NCBI GenBank assembly: GCA_965229885.1
Contig: CBDDJX010000003.1
Span: 1,491,060-1,555,059 of the forward strand
DNA: 64,000 nt
Direction: 5' to 3'
Source of the DNA: Vicinamibacterales bacterium
Lineage (GTDB): Bacteria; Acidobacteriota; Vicinamibacteria; Vicinamibacterales; CAVVIG01
Part shown: in pieces, positions 20,423 through 29,875 of the stretch
Numbering within the stretch: the first letter of the stretch is position 1
How the letters are laid out: each line of letters opens with the position of its first letter
Made by a program: the position numbers and the translations under genes
The notes under the pieces: generated by a model
The model's database searches: none
What the model saw: only the letters and a program-made list of their open reading frames with translations
What the model was told of the DNA's origin: nothing

Positions 20423-21217
20423 CCGACCAGACTGCGACGCCGCTGCTCGATTCCTTTATGCAAGGCTTGGCGCCGCGCGACGTCCGGCTGCTGGCTGCGC
20501 AGGGGGCGCTGCGCCCCGGGCTTACGAGCAGCAGCTCGAGATTCTCGCGCTGCTGCTCGCGGATTCTGATCCGGAGATCCGGCGCGCGGCCGACACGACC
20601 GTGAACCGGATCCCGATCGATGCGCTGCAGGCGTTTCTCGGACAGTCCGTCGTCTCGGCCAGGGTGCTGGAGTGTTTTGCCAACCGCGGTGTCTTTCCGG
20701 CCGAACGTCCCGCGATCGAAGTCGACGTCGACAAGCCGCTCATCGACGCGGCGCCATTGGAATTCGTGGAAGACGAGGTGGAACAGACCGAGGCCGATCG
20801 CGAGTCGGTCATGCAGAAGCTCTCCAAGATGAGCTTTCCCGAGCGGTTGAAGGCCGCGATGAAGGGTACGAAGGAAATGCGCGCGATTCTGATCCGCGAT
20901 CCGAACAAGATGATCTCGGCGGCGGTGCTGAGCAGCCCGAAGGTCTCCCAGGCGGAGGCAGCGGTCTTTGCCCGCATGGCGAGCCTGTCCGAGGACGTGC
21001 TGCGGGCCATCGGCAGTAAACGCGCGTGGATGAAGAGTTATGCGTGGTGGTCGGCCTGGCGCGAAACGCAAAAACGCCGGTGGCGTTGTCCTTGAGCCTG
21101 CTCTCGCGGCTTCAGGTCCGTGACGTGCAGGCGCTTGCGGTCGATCGGAACGTGCCGGAGCCGCTGCGGATCGCCGCGCGCAAGAAGGCCGCCGCCACTG
21201 GTAGTGGCAAGGAATAG
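20419..21217 (+). pseudogene. Uncharacterised helical-repeat protein gene split over three frames by two 1-nt indels
   Basis: ORFs 20419..20604, 20601..21095 and 21026..21217 read as one protein. Frame is restored at the C4G3 run near 20514-20520 (...GALRP|RAYEQQLEIL...) and near 21043 (...MKSYA|VVVGLARNAKTP...). Confidence 0.7.
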
Positions 21218-21239
21218 CATGCGGCGCGTGGACAACCCT

Positions 21240-21494
21240 TTACGTCTTGCGTGGTGTCTGTCGCTGTTTGCCTTTGCCCCTTCCCCTCTTCCCGGCGAGC
21301 CCCCACTCTGATCGCATCTGCGCGAGCCCGTCCATGTACACGGCTGCCCGCTCGCGCTCCTCTTCACTGATCATCGACTTGAGCAGATCGAGCGCTTTCG
21401 CCAGGTCCTGCTGAATCGTCTGCCGTGTCGTCTCGTAGTAGAGACGTGTGATTTCAGCGTGTTTCTCGTCAGCCGACAGCATTCGGAGCGTCAT
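21240..21494 (-). CDS. Hypothetical small protein with basic C-terminus
   Basis: 84-aa ORF directly downstream of, and co-oriented with, the GHMP kinase gene. No recognisable domain. Confidence 0.45.
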   Translation of the reverse strand: MTLRMLSADEKHAEITRLYYETTRQTIQQDLAKALDLLKSMISEEERERAAVYMDGLAQMRSEWGLAGKRGRGKGKQRQTPRKT

Positions 21495-21521
21495 GGGCGA
21501 TTTGATCGTAGGCTGCTCAGA

Positions 21522-22511
21522 TTATCCAAGCTGCAGCCCGCCCGTCTCGATGTGATAGTCGAGAAGCCGCGCGCCGCCTGTCGCGAGTGCCTCGGCGATG
21601 GCAGCCCTGGCCGGCGGTGGGCCGTAGCAGAATAGACACCCGCCGCCTCCTGCGCCGCAGACCTTCGCCGCCGTCGCGCCCGCTGCAGACGCGCGCGCCA
21701 TGAGATCGTCAATCGTCGGCGTGGTCACCCCTGGCGCGAGGCGCTTCCGGTTGTCCCACTCCGCGGCGATCTGACGGCCGACCTCGTCCCAGCGGCCGCG
21801 CTCGAGCGCAGTCCGCATGGCGGCCGCGGTGTCGCGGATGCGCTCGAAGCAATCGAAAATGCGGCGATCGCCGTCGATATGGCGTTTGGCGATCTCCCAG
21901 TTATTTGTGCCGGACTGGCGCGGCTCCCCCGTATAGGCCAGGACGATGCGCTGTTCGAGCTCGCGGGGGTCGACATCGAGCGCGACACGTGTGACGCCCT
22001 CCGCGCGGAGCTCGATGGCCGCGATGCCGCCGTACATCGCGGGACGATAATCCTGCACGCCGGTCGGCACATGAATGGTCTGGCATTCGATGTTCATCGC
22101 GACGTGCAGGATGTCGATGGGATTCATGGACGCGCCAGTGAGCCGCGCGAACGCTCCGCAGAGCGCGATCGTCAGCGCGGACGATCCGGCGATGCCGGCG
22201 CCGGCCGGCGACTCAGCCTGCGTTGTCACGCTGACACGCTCGACCTGGTAGTGGCGTGCGGCCCGCACCAGGAGGGGCAGCTGGCCTGCGGGATCGAGAT
22301 CGAACCAGTGCCGCGCGCTCACCTCGCGGGCGGTATCGAGGGATCGCAGCTCGACGCCTCTCTCGCCGCGCCCTTCCACGGTGACCTGCGCGCGAAGGCT
22401 GATCGCGGCGTTGAGCGTCGCCGCGCCGTCGTGAAAGAGATAGAGCGGCCAGATGTCGATCGTACCGCCGGCGAGGTCGATACGCGTGGGCGCCGAAGCT
22501 GCGATTCGCAT
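21522..22511 (-). CDS. GHMP-family sugar kinase
   Basis: N-terminal PTRIDLAGGTIDIWPLY and the GHMP phosphate-binding loop PAGAGIAGSSAL. Substrate cannot be assigned from sequence. Confidence 0.8.
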   Translation of the reverse strand: MRIAASAPTRIDLAGGTIDIWPLYLFHDGAATLNAAISLRAQVTVEGRGERGVELRSLDTAREVSARHWFDLDPAGQLPLLVRAARHYQVERVSVTTQAESPAGAGIAGSSALTIALCGAFARLTGASMNPIDILHVAMNIECQTIHVPTGVQDYRPAMYGGIAAIELRAEGVTRVALDVDPRELEQRIVLAYTGEPRQSGTNNWEIAKRHIDGDRRIFDCFERIRDTAAAMRTALERGRWDEVGRQIAAEWDNRKRLAPGVTTPTIDDLMARASAAGATAAKVCGAGGGGCLFCYGPPPARAAIAEALATGGARLLDYHIETGGLQLG

Positions 22512-22580
22512 GGGACGGCATTATAGACGCCGCCGACAGACCGACAATCCCCCATTGGGCTGCTAGAATCAAAGCTTCGC

Positions 22581-23681
22581 ATGTCGCCAAGCGCGCTCCG
22601 CCGCCGGATCGGACAACTGTTGGTCGCCGGATTCGAGGGTCAGCAGGTGCCTGCCGAACTACGGTCGATCGCCCGGGAGTTCGGTTTAGGCGGCGTCATT
22701 CTCTTCGCACGCAATGCAGGGGAGCCGGAACAGGTCGCCGAGCTGTGCTACGACGCGGCTCGATTGGTCCCGCAGCTGCCTCTTTGGGTCAGCGTCGATC
22801 AGGAAGGCGGCCGTGTCGCACGTCTCAAGGCGCCCTTCACCGAGTGGCCCCCGATGGCGACCCTGGGCCGGAGCAGCGACGTGCGCCTGGCCGAGCGATT
22901 CGCCCGCGCGCTCGCGTCGGAGCTGAAGGCCGTCGGCATCACGCTCAACTACGCGCCAGTGCTGGACATTTTCACGAATCCGAGGAATCTCGTGATTGGC
23001 GATCGCGCGCTTTCGGAGAAAGCCGAGGAAGTCGCTCGGCTCGGCGCGGCGATCGTGGAAGCGCTGCAAAGGGAAGGCGTGGCCGCCTGCGGCAAGCATT
23101 TCCCCGGTCACGGCGACACACAGACCGATTCACACCTCGAGCTGCCGCTCGTCGAGCATCCGCCGGACCGCCTGCGGGCGGTCGAGCTCGTGCCCTTCAG
23201 GGCGGCCATCGCCGCGGGTGTCGCGATAATGATGACGGCGCATCTGTTTATCCCTGCCCTGGATGAGAAGCGTCCGGCGACGCTGTCGCGGGCGATAGTG
23301 ACCGACTTACTGCGCGACGAGTTGAAGTTCGAGGGTGTGATCCTGAGCGATTCCCTCGACGAGATGAAGGCGATTACGGACCGGTACACGGTGCCGTCAG
23401 CGGCGGTGTTGGCCATAGAGGCGGGATGCGATGGTGTCCTGATCTGCCGAGGCGATCACGGCACGCAGTTCGCGGCACTCGAGGCGCTGGTGCGCGCCGT
23501 CGAAAGCGGCGAACTACCGTCGGCGCGCGTCGACGACGCGCTGAAGCGCCAGCAGCGCGCCAAGGAACGTTTCCTGACCGCCACGGTGGCCTCCCGTCCG
23601 CTTTACGGATCCGCGCTGCGGCAACGCCTCGGCCGCGACGAGCATCGCGCCATCGCCGACGAGATGGCGCGGTTCGTGTGA
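22581..23681 (+). CDS. nagZ: Beta-N-acetylhexosaminidase (GH3)
   Basis: VDQEGGRV, KHFPGHGDTQTDSH, ILSDSLDEMKA. Confidence 0.9.
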   Translation: MSPSALRRRIGQLLVAGFEGQQVPAELRSIAREFGLGGVILFARNAGEPEQVAELCYDAARLVPQLPLWVSVDQEGGRVARLKAPFTEWPPMATLGRSSDVRLAERFARALASELKAVGITLNYAPVLDIFTNPRNLVIGDRALSEKAEEVARLGAAIVEALQREGVAACGKHFPGHGDTQTDSHLELPLVEHPPDRLRAVELVPFRAAIAAGVAIMMTAHLFIPALDEKRPATLSRAIVTDLLRDELKFEGVILSDSLDEMKAITDRYTVPSAAVLAIEAGCDGVLICRGDHGTQFAALEALVRAVESGELPSARVDDALKRQQRAKERFLTATVASRPLYGSALRQRLGRDEHRAIADEMARFV

Positions 23682-24604
23682 TGGTGAAACCGCGCGCGCT
23701 CGAACCAGGCAGCCGCGTCGCCGTCGTCGCGCCCGCCAGTCCCTTCACGCCCGAGGAATTCGACCAGGGCATTGCCGAGCTTCGCCGCCTAGGATTCACG
23801 CCGGTCTATGACGACTCGGTGTTCGCGCGGCGGGCATACGTGGCCGGCCCGCCGGCCCAGCGTGCCGATGCCCTTCACAAGGCGCTCGTCGATCCGACGA
23901 TCGCGGGAATTATCGCCGCCCGAGGCGGTTTCGGCAGCGCGCAGCTGTTACCGTCGCTCGATCGCTCGGAAGTACAGCGAGCCCGGAAACCGATCATCGG
24001 GTACAGCGACATCACGTCGCTTCTCGCATTCGTGTCGACACAATGTGACCTGGTGGCGTTTCATGGCCCGACGGTCGCGGGGCGTCTGGGGAAGGGCACC
24101 GGGGCCTACGACCGCGAGTCTCTAATGAATGCGCTCTGCCGCCGAGAGCCGGTGGGCGAGTTGACGACGGCGGCCGTTGAGCCGATCAGGAGCGGAGACG
24201 CCACCGGACCGCTTTTTGGAGGGACGCTGGCGCAGCTGGTGGCATCGCTGGGCACACCGTTCGCCTTTTCCCCGCCGCAGGGTCATGTGCTGTTTCTCGA
24301 CGAGGTGAACGAGCGGCCGTATCGTCTGGACCGGATGGTTACGCAACTGCGCCAGGCAGGCGTCCTGGCGCGGGCGGTGGCCGTTGTCGTGGGGGAGCTG
24401 CCGGGGTGCGACGAGCCCACAGGTGATCCGACTGCGCGATCGGTCGTTGCCGACCTGTTCGGTGACTTCCCCGGCCCGGTCCTGATCGGATTTCCGTCCG
24501 GCCACACTGCCGGTCCCGCGATGACGTTGCCGCTGGGTGTGTCGTGCCGGGTCGTGGCCGATCGCCACCCTCGCCTCGTCATTGAAGAGGCCGCCGTTGA
24601 GTAA
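23681..24604 (+). CDS. ldcA: LD-carboxypeptidase (peptidase S66, muramoyltetrapeptide carboxypeptidase)
   Basis: ATG at 23681 overlaps the nagZ TGA. VAVVAPASP, ARGGFGS, GYSDITSL, GFPSGHT. Confidence 0.85.
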   Translation: MVKPRALEPGSRVAVVAPASPFTPEEFDQGIAELRRLGFTPVYDDSVFARRAYVAGPPAQRADALHKALVDPTIAGIIAARGGFGSAQLLPSLDRSEVQRARKPIIGYSDITSLLAFVSTQCDLVAFHGPTVAGRLGKGTGAYDRESLMNALCRREPVGELTTAAVEPIRSGDATGPLFGGTLAQLVASLGTPFAFSPPQGHVLFLDEVNERPYRLDRMVTQLRQAGVLARAVAVVVGELPGCDEPTGDPTARSVVADLFGDFPGPVLIGFPSGHTAGPAMTLPLGVSCRVVADRHPRLVIEEAAVE

Positions 24605-26006
24605 GAAGGTCCCTGTGGTCCATGTCATCGGGATTTGCGGAACGGCGACCGCGACGCTGGGGGCGATGCTCGCGCACAAGGGCTTTCAGGTTCGGGGCTC
24701 CGATCAGGATGTGTACCCTCCGATGAGCGACTTCCTGTTATCTGAAGGCATCGAAGCTTTGAGCGGCTATCGCCCCGAGCACATCACGAGCGATCTCGAC
24801 TTCGTGATTGTCGGCAATGCGATTTCACGTGGCAACCAGGAGCTGGAGGAAGTTCTTGATCGGAAGATCCGATACTGCTCGCTGCCGGAAGCGATACGCG
24901 AGCACTTTCTCTGGAGCTCGCGATCGATTGTCATTGCGGGTACGCACGGGAAGACGACGACGACGGCGCTGGCCGGATGGGTACTGACCGCCGCTGGCGT
25001 CGATCCGAGCGTGCTTATTGGCGGCGTCGCGCGCAACTTCGGAGAACACGGCTCGAGCTATCGGATGGGGCAGGGCCGCGACTTCGTGATCGAAGGCGAC
25101 GAGTACGACAGCGCCTTCTTCGACAAGACCGCCAAGTTCCTCAAGTATCTTCCGGACATCGCCGTCATCAATAGTGTCGAGTTCGATCACGCTGACATCT
25201 ACGCCGACGTCGAGTCCGTGACGCTGGCATTTCGCCGGCTGGTCAATCTGGTGCCCCGGCGCGGGTTGCTGCTGCTCGGCGCCGACAGCGAGCGGGCGCG
25301 AGGGCTGGCCGGCCTCGCCAAGTCGCGGGTCGAGACCTTCGGAACAGCCGACGGCCTCGACTGGCAGGCGTACGATCTCGAGTCGATCGGGGCGTCGACG
25401 AGGTTCAAGGTTCGGCGAGGAGGCGCGCCGTATGGAACCTTCGAGGTGCCGCTTGTCGGTGCCCACAACGTGCGTAACACAACCGCTGCCATTGCGATCG
25501 CGGCCGACATCGGCATTGCCGCCGGGCCGACCGCCGAAGGACTGCGCCGGTTCGCCGGCGTCAAGCGCCGCCTGGAAGTCGTGGGCGTGGCTCGCGGCGT
25601 CACGGTCTATGACGACTTCGCGCATCATCCGACGGCGGTCGCCGAGACGCTGGCGGGCTTGCGGGCGGCGAATCCGGTGGCACGCATCTGGGCGGTCTTC
25701 GAGCCGCGATCGGCCTCGTCCTGTCGCCGTGTCTTTCAGGATGACTTCGCCCGCGCGTTCGGTCCGGCGAGCGAGGTCCTCGTTGCGCCGGTGTTTCGAT
25801 CGACGCTGCCAGAGGGGGAGCGGCTCTCCGTTCCTCAACTCGTTCGCGATCTCACGAAAGCCGGCCAGTCCGCCAGGGAGCCCACCTCCCTCGACGACAT
25901 CATCGCGACTATCGTTCGCGAGCACCGGCCCGGCGATCTCGTCGTCCTCATGTCGAACGGCGGTTTCGGCGGCATCCATCACAAACTGCTGCTGGCACTC
26001 GCGTGA
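24597..26006 (+). CDS. mpl: UDP-N-acetylmuramate:L-alanyl-gamma-D-glutamyl-meso-diaminopimelate ligase
   Basis: VHVIGICGTATATLGAMLAHKGFQVRGSDQDVYPPMSDFL and GTHGKTTTT. The start is TTG 24597 or GTG 24615. Confidence 0.85.
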   Translation: MSKKVPVVHVIGICGTATATLGAMLAHKGFQVRGSDQDVYPPMSDFLLSEGIEALSGYRPEHITSDLDFVIVGNAISRGNQELEEVLDRKIRYCSLPEAIREHFLWSSRSIVIAGTHGKTTTTALAGWVLTAAGVDPSVLIGGVARNFGEHGSSYRMGQGRDFVIEGDEYDSAFFDKTAKFLKYLPDIAVINSVEFDHADIYADVESVTLAFRRLVNLVPRRGLLLLGADSERARGLAGLAKSRVETFGTADGLDWQAYDLESIGASTRFKVRRGGAPYGTFEVPLVGAHNVRNTTAAIAIAADIGIAAGPTAEGLRRFAGVKRRLEVVGVARGVTVYDDFAHHPTAVAETLAGLRAANPVARIWAVFEPRSASSCRRVFQDDFARAFGPASEVLVAPVFRSTLPEGERLSVPQLVRDLTKAGQSAREPTSLDDIIATIVREHRPGDLVVLMSNGGFGGIHHKLLLALA

Positions 26007-26689
26007 ACGCCTTCCGGATCGTGGAGGCCGGCGATGCCGCGTTGGTGGTGGAGTTCGCCGATCGGATCGATCCCGTCATCAACGGGACAGCCATTGCACT
26101 CGCAGAGGCGATCCGGGCGGCTGCTCTGCAAGGCGTGCGCGATGTCGTCCCGACGTACCGGTCGGTTGCCGTCTACTTCGATCCGCTTCGGACGGATCTG
26201 GACGAGCTGAGGGCGCGAGTCGAGCACGGCGCGTCAAAAGCGAGGCCGGTGGCAACGAAGCACGTTGATCCGATCCGCGTGCCGGTCTGCTATGAAGGCG
26301 ACTTCGGACCAGATCTTGCCGACGTGGCCGCGTTCGCAGGTGTCAGCGAAGCGGAAGCCGTCCGATTGCACGCCTCACGCGTCTATCGCGTCTTCATGCT
26401 CGGTTTCGTCGCCGGTTTTGCGTACATGGGAACAGTCGATGAGCGCATCGCGGCACCGCGCCTGCCCACACCGAGGGTCCGAGTACCGGTCGGATCTGTC
26501 GGCATTGCCGGTGTGCAGACCGGCATCTATCCAGTCTCTGTTCCTGGCGGCTGGCGGATTGTCGGCCGCACGCCGCTAAAGCCGTTCGATCTGACCCGCG
26601 ACGAGCCGGTCCTGTTCAAACCCGGCGACGCCGTGCAGTTCTATGCGATCGATCCGGGCGAGTATACTCGGCTCGAGAATACACGTTGA
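26003..26689 (+). CDS. pxpB: 5-oxoprolinase subunit B / KipI-family (allophanate hydrolase subunit 1)
   Basis: Typical family sequence: IVPTYRSVAVYFDP..., GFVAGFAYMG, AGVQTGIYPVSVPGGWRIVGRTP. Confidence 0.8.
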   Translation: MNAFRIVEAGDAALVVEFADRIDPVINGTAIALAEAIRAAALQGVRDVVPTYRSVAVYFDPLRTDLDELRARVEHGASKARPVATKHVDPIRVPVCYEGDFGPDLADVAAFAGVSEAEAVRLHASRVYRVFMLGFVAGFAYMGTVDERIAAPRLPTPRVRVPVGSVGIAGVQTGIYPVSVPGGWRIVGRTPLKPFDLTRDEPVLFKPGDAVQFYAIDPGEYTRLENTR

Positions 26690-27649
26690 ATGGCGTCGCT
26701 CCGCGTCATCACGCCGGGCATCCTGACAACGATTCAGGATCGTGGCCGATGGGGTTGGCAAGGTCGCGGCGTACCTGTGGCGGGCCCGATGGATCCGCGC
26801 TCGCATCGCCTGGCCAACATCCTGGTCGGCAACGACACGGACGCCGCAACGATCGAAGCGACGCTCGTCGGTCCAGAGGTGGAGTTCGACGACGAGCGGG
26901 TCGCGGCGGTCAGCGGCGCCGAGTTTGCGCTCACCGTCGACAACCGCTCGATACCCGTCAACGCGCCATTCCCGGTTCGCGCCGGTTCGGTCCTTCGCTT
27001 TGGAGGCCATCGTCGCGGCGCTCGTGCCTATCTGGCGGTGGCAGGCGGAATTGCGGTACCACCTGTCCTAGGGAGTCGTTCCACGCATCTACCGAGCGCC
27101 ATGGGCGGGCTCGATGGCCGGCCGTTGCGGGCGGGGGATCGCCTGCCGCTGGGAAAAAGGGGACGGGAGGCATCTCCTACTGTGCCATCAGGCCAGAAAG
27201 ACAGCGGATCGAGGCCGTTTTCTGCGCCGAAAATGAGACCCGCCCCATTTTTCGGGGTGCCCGACGGGCGGGCCGTGGTGCGGGTCCTGCCGGGCCCGCA
27301 GTTGGATCGGTTCGCCTCCGACGCGCTCGATGTCCTGCAGTCGGCTCCCTATTTCCTCGACGCCAATTCGAATCGGATGGGGTTCCGCTTGCAAGGTCCC
27401 ACGCTTCGGCATGCCGGGGACACGGAGATGCTGTCCGACGCCACGCCCCTCGGTGCGCTGCAAGTCGCTGCGGCGGGTCAACCAATCCTCCTGATGGCGG
27501 ATCGGCAGACGAGCGGAGGATATCCAAGCATTGCGACCGTCATCAGTGCCGACATCGGCCTCGCGGGACAACTGGCTCCTGGTGATTCGATTTCGTTCGT
27601 GGTCTCGACACTGCGAGAGGCAATGGCGGCGCTCGTTGCGCAGGAATAG
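26690..27649 (+). CDS. pxpC: 5-oxoprolinase subunit C / KipA-family (allophanate hydrolase subunit 2)
   Basis: TIQDRGRWGWQGRGVPVAGPMD, SNRMGFRL, TSGGYPSIATVISADI. Confidence 0.8.
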   Translation: MASLRVITPGILTTIQDRGRWGWQGRGVPVAGPMDPRSHRLANILVGNDTDAATIEATLVGPEVEFDDERVAAVSGAEFALTVDNRSIPVNAPFPVRAGSVLRFGGHRRGARAYLAVAGGIAVPPVLGSRSTHLPSAMGGLDGRPLRAGDRLPLGKRGREASPTVPSGQKDSGSRPFSAPKMRPAPFFGVPDGRAVVRVLPGPQLDRFASDALDVLQSAPYFLDANSNRMGFRLQGPTLRHAGDTEMLSDATPLGALQVAAAGQPILLMADRQTSGGYPSIATVISADIGLAGQLAPGDSISFVVSTLREAMAALVAQE

Positions 27650-27678
27650 GCGTTGATGGCGTTCGAGTCTGGCGTACG

Positions 27679-28614
27679 TTGATGGACGATTTCTTCGAAA
27701 TGCTCGATGCCCAGTTCGGCGGGCGAGCGCGACGCGACGCGTTGCTGGCGCCGCTGACGACGTTTCGCGTCGGTGGACCTGCTGACTGGTTAGTCGAACC
27801 GAGAACCAGCGACGAGATCGTTACGGCGCTGAAGCTTGCATCCGAGGCCGGCGTGGCGGTGACGATGCTCGGTGGCGGATCGAACGTGCTGGTGTCGGAC
27901 GAGGGTGTGCGCGGACTGGTCATCCGGCCTCGCGGCGGTGAAATCTCGCGGGTCGACGACACACGCATTCGCGCGGATGCGGCGGTGACGATCAATGGAC
28001 TGGTACGGTGGACGATTCACCGCGCATGCGCCGGCCTCGAGTCGTGGGCGGGCACGCCCGGAACGGTTGGCGGCGGCATCTACGGCAACGCGCATTTCGG
28101 CGGCCGCCTGATGGGCGATCTCGTCACCGACGTACGTGTCGCCTCTCCCAGGGGCGCCGTCAGTGATGTGGCCCGCGACGCGATGGGTTTTGCCTACGAT
28201 CGCAGCCGGCTGCAGGAGTCCAGAGAGGTGCTGTTATCGGCGGTGTTTCGGGTCTCGACTGGCGAACCGGCCGCGCTGCGCGCCGCGGCGCGCGCGTCGC
28301 TGGTATTTCGAAAGCGGACGCAACCGCTCGATTGTCCCAGCGCGGGCTGCATCTTCCAGAACCCCGAACCGGGTCGCGACAGTGTCCCCGACGGCATTCC
28401 ATGGTCGGCCGGGGCGCTGGTCGACCGTGCGGGCCTCAAAGGGCTCGCCATAGGCGGCGCCCGCGTGTCGCCGGCGCACGGCAACTTCATCGTGAACGAC
28501 GATCGTGCTGCGGCACGAGACATTCGCCAGCTCATCACCCGGTGCCGGGACGGCGTACGCGCACGCTTCGGTGTCGAATTGCGGGAAGAGATCGTCTATC
28601 TTGGCAACTTCTAA
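27679..28614 (+). CDS. murB: UDP-N-acetylenolpyruvoylglucosamine reductase
   Basis: TTFRVGGPADW, GGGSNVLV, GTPGTVGGGIYGNA, SAGCIFQNP. Confidence 0.92.
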   Translation: MMDDFFEMLDAQFGGRARRDALLAPLTTFRVGGPADWLVEPRTSDEIVTALKLASEAGVAVTMLGGGSNVLVSDEGVRGLVIRPRGGEISRVDDTRIRADAAVTINGLVRWTIHRACAGLESWAGTPGTVGGGIYGNAHFGGRLMGDLVTDVRVASPRGAVSDVARDAMGFAYDRSRLQESREVLLSAVFRVSTGEPAALRAAARASLVFRKRTQPLDCPSAGCIFQNPEPGRDSVPDGIPWSAGALVDRAGLKGLAIGGARVSPAHGNFIVNDDRAAARDIRQLITRCRDGVRARFGVELREEIVYLGNF

Positions 28615-29867
28615 TGTCCATACTTGCGATTGAAGGCGGCCACAAGCTCTCGGGCTCCGTTGACGTCGAGGGGAACAAGAACAGCGCACTCCCGCTCCTC
28701 GCGGCCTGCCTGCTGACGACGGAAGAGTGCGTGCTGAGCAACATGCCGCGCATCAGCGACGTCGAGGTGATGGCGCGCCTGCTCGTCGATCTTGGTGCGA
28801 CGGTCGACGGCATCGGCACGACGACGCTCCGCGTACGGTGTGCGACGGTCCTCAAGGACGAGCCGGATCCTGCACTGGTCGGGCGGCTTCGCGGGTCCGT
28901 TCTGCTTCTTGGCCCGCTGCTGGCGCGGCGCGGGCAGGCGCGGCTGGCGCCGCCCGGCGGAGATTTCCCCGCGCGGCGAAGCCTTTCAACCCATCTCGAG
29001 GCGCTGGCGTCGATGGGCGCACGTATGGTGGCCCATGAAGGGCATGCGCTCGACGTCCCTGATGGGCTGAAGCCGGCGTCGCTGTACCTGTACGAGGCGT
29101 CGGTGACCGGGACCGAGACCGCGCTTCTCGCGGCGGCCGCGGCGCCTGGACTCTCTGAAATCCGCCATGCCGCGTGCGAACCCCACGTTGCCGAGTTGTG
29201 CGCGTTTCTGCGACAGCTTGGCGTCGGCGTGACTGGCGGCGGCACGTCCACGATTCGTATCGAGGGCGGCGCCAGACTTCACGGCGCCGAGCACCGGCTG
29301 TGCGGTGATTACATCGAGGCCGGCAGCTGGGCCGTTGTTGCGGCGGTCACGGGCGGCGAGATTGACGTGAAAGGGGCGCGTCCCGAAGACATGGAGGTCG
29401 TCGCCGCCGTGCTGAAGCGCATGTCCATCGAGTGTGCGACGGACGGCGACGTGTTCAGGGTGTCGCGTTCGTCGCCGCAGGCGGCTGGGCGAATCACGAC
29501 CGGGCTCTGGCCGGGGTTCCCGAGCGATCTCGTGAGCCTGGTCACCGTGCTGGCGACGCAGGCCGCTGGACAGACGCTCGTCCACGACTGGCTGTACGAG
29601 CTGCGGCTATTCGCGCTCGAGCAGTTGAGCGGCATGGGCGCGGACCTGTTTCTGTGCGATCCGCACCGAATCATCGTCACGGGCCCCAAGCAGTTGACAG
29701 GCCGCCCGCTCGACAGTCGCGATCTGCGATCAGGAATGGCGCTGATTGCCGCGGCGCTGGCGGGAGATGGACTGAGCCGCGTCTCGCCGCTTGAAACGGT
29801 CGAGCGAGGGTACAGCCGTCTCGTTGAGCGCCTCCGAGCGCTCGGCGGGCGGGTGGAAAAAATGTAG
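28614..29867 (+). CDS. murA: UDP-N-acetylglucosamine 1-carboxyvinyltransferase
   Basis: ATG at 28614 overlaps the murB TAA. GSVDVEGNKNSALPLLAACLLT. The longer ORF 28332..29867 is an upstream extension. Confidence 0.93.
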   Translation: MSILAIEGGHKLSGSVDVEGNKNSALPLLAACLLTTEECVLSNMPRISDVEVMARLLVDLGATVDGIGTTTLRVRCATVLKDEPDPALVGRLRGSVLLLGPLLARRGQARLAPPGGDFPARRSLSTHLEALASMGARMVAHEGHALDVPDGLKPASLYLYEASVTGTETALLAAAAAPGLSEIRHAACEPHVAELCAFLRQLGVGVTGGGTSTIRIEGGARLHGAEHRLCGDYIEAGSWAVVAAVTGGEIDVKGARPEDMEVVAAVLKRMSIECATDGDVFRVSRSSPQAAGRITTGLWPGFPSDLVSLVTVLATQAAGQTLVHDWLYELRLFALEQLSGMGADLFLCDPHRIIVTGPKQLTGRPLDSRDLRSGMALIAAALAGDGLSRVSPLETVERGYSRLVERLRALGGRVEKM

Positions 29868-29875
29868 GCGCCGGT

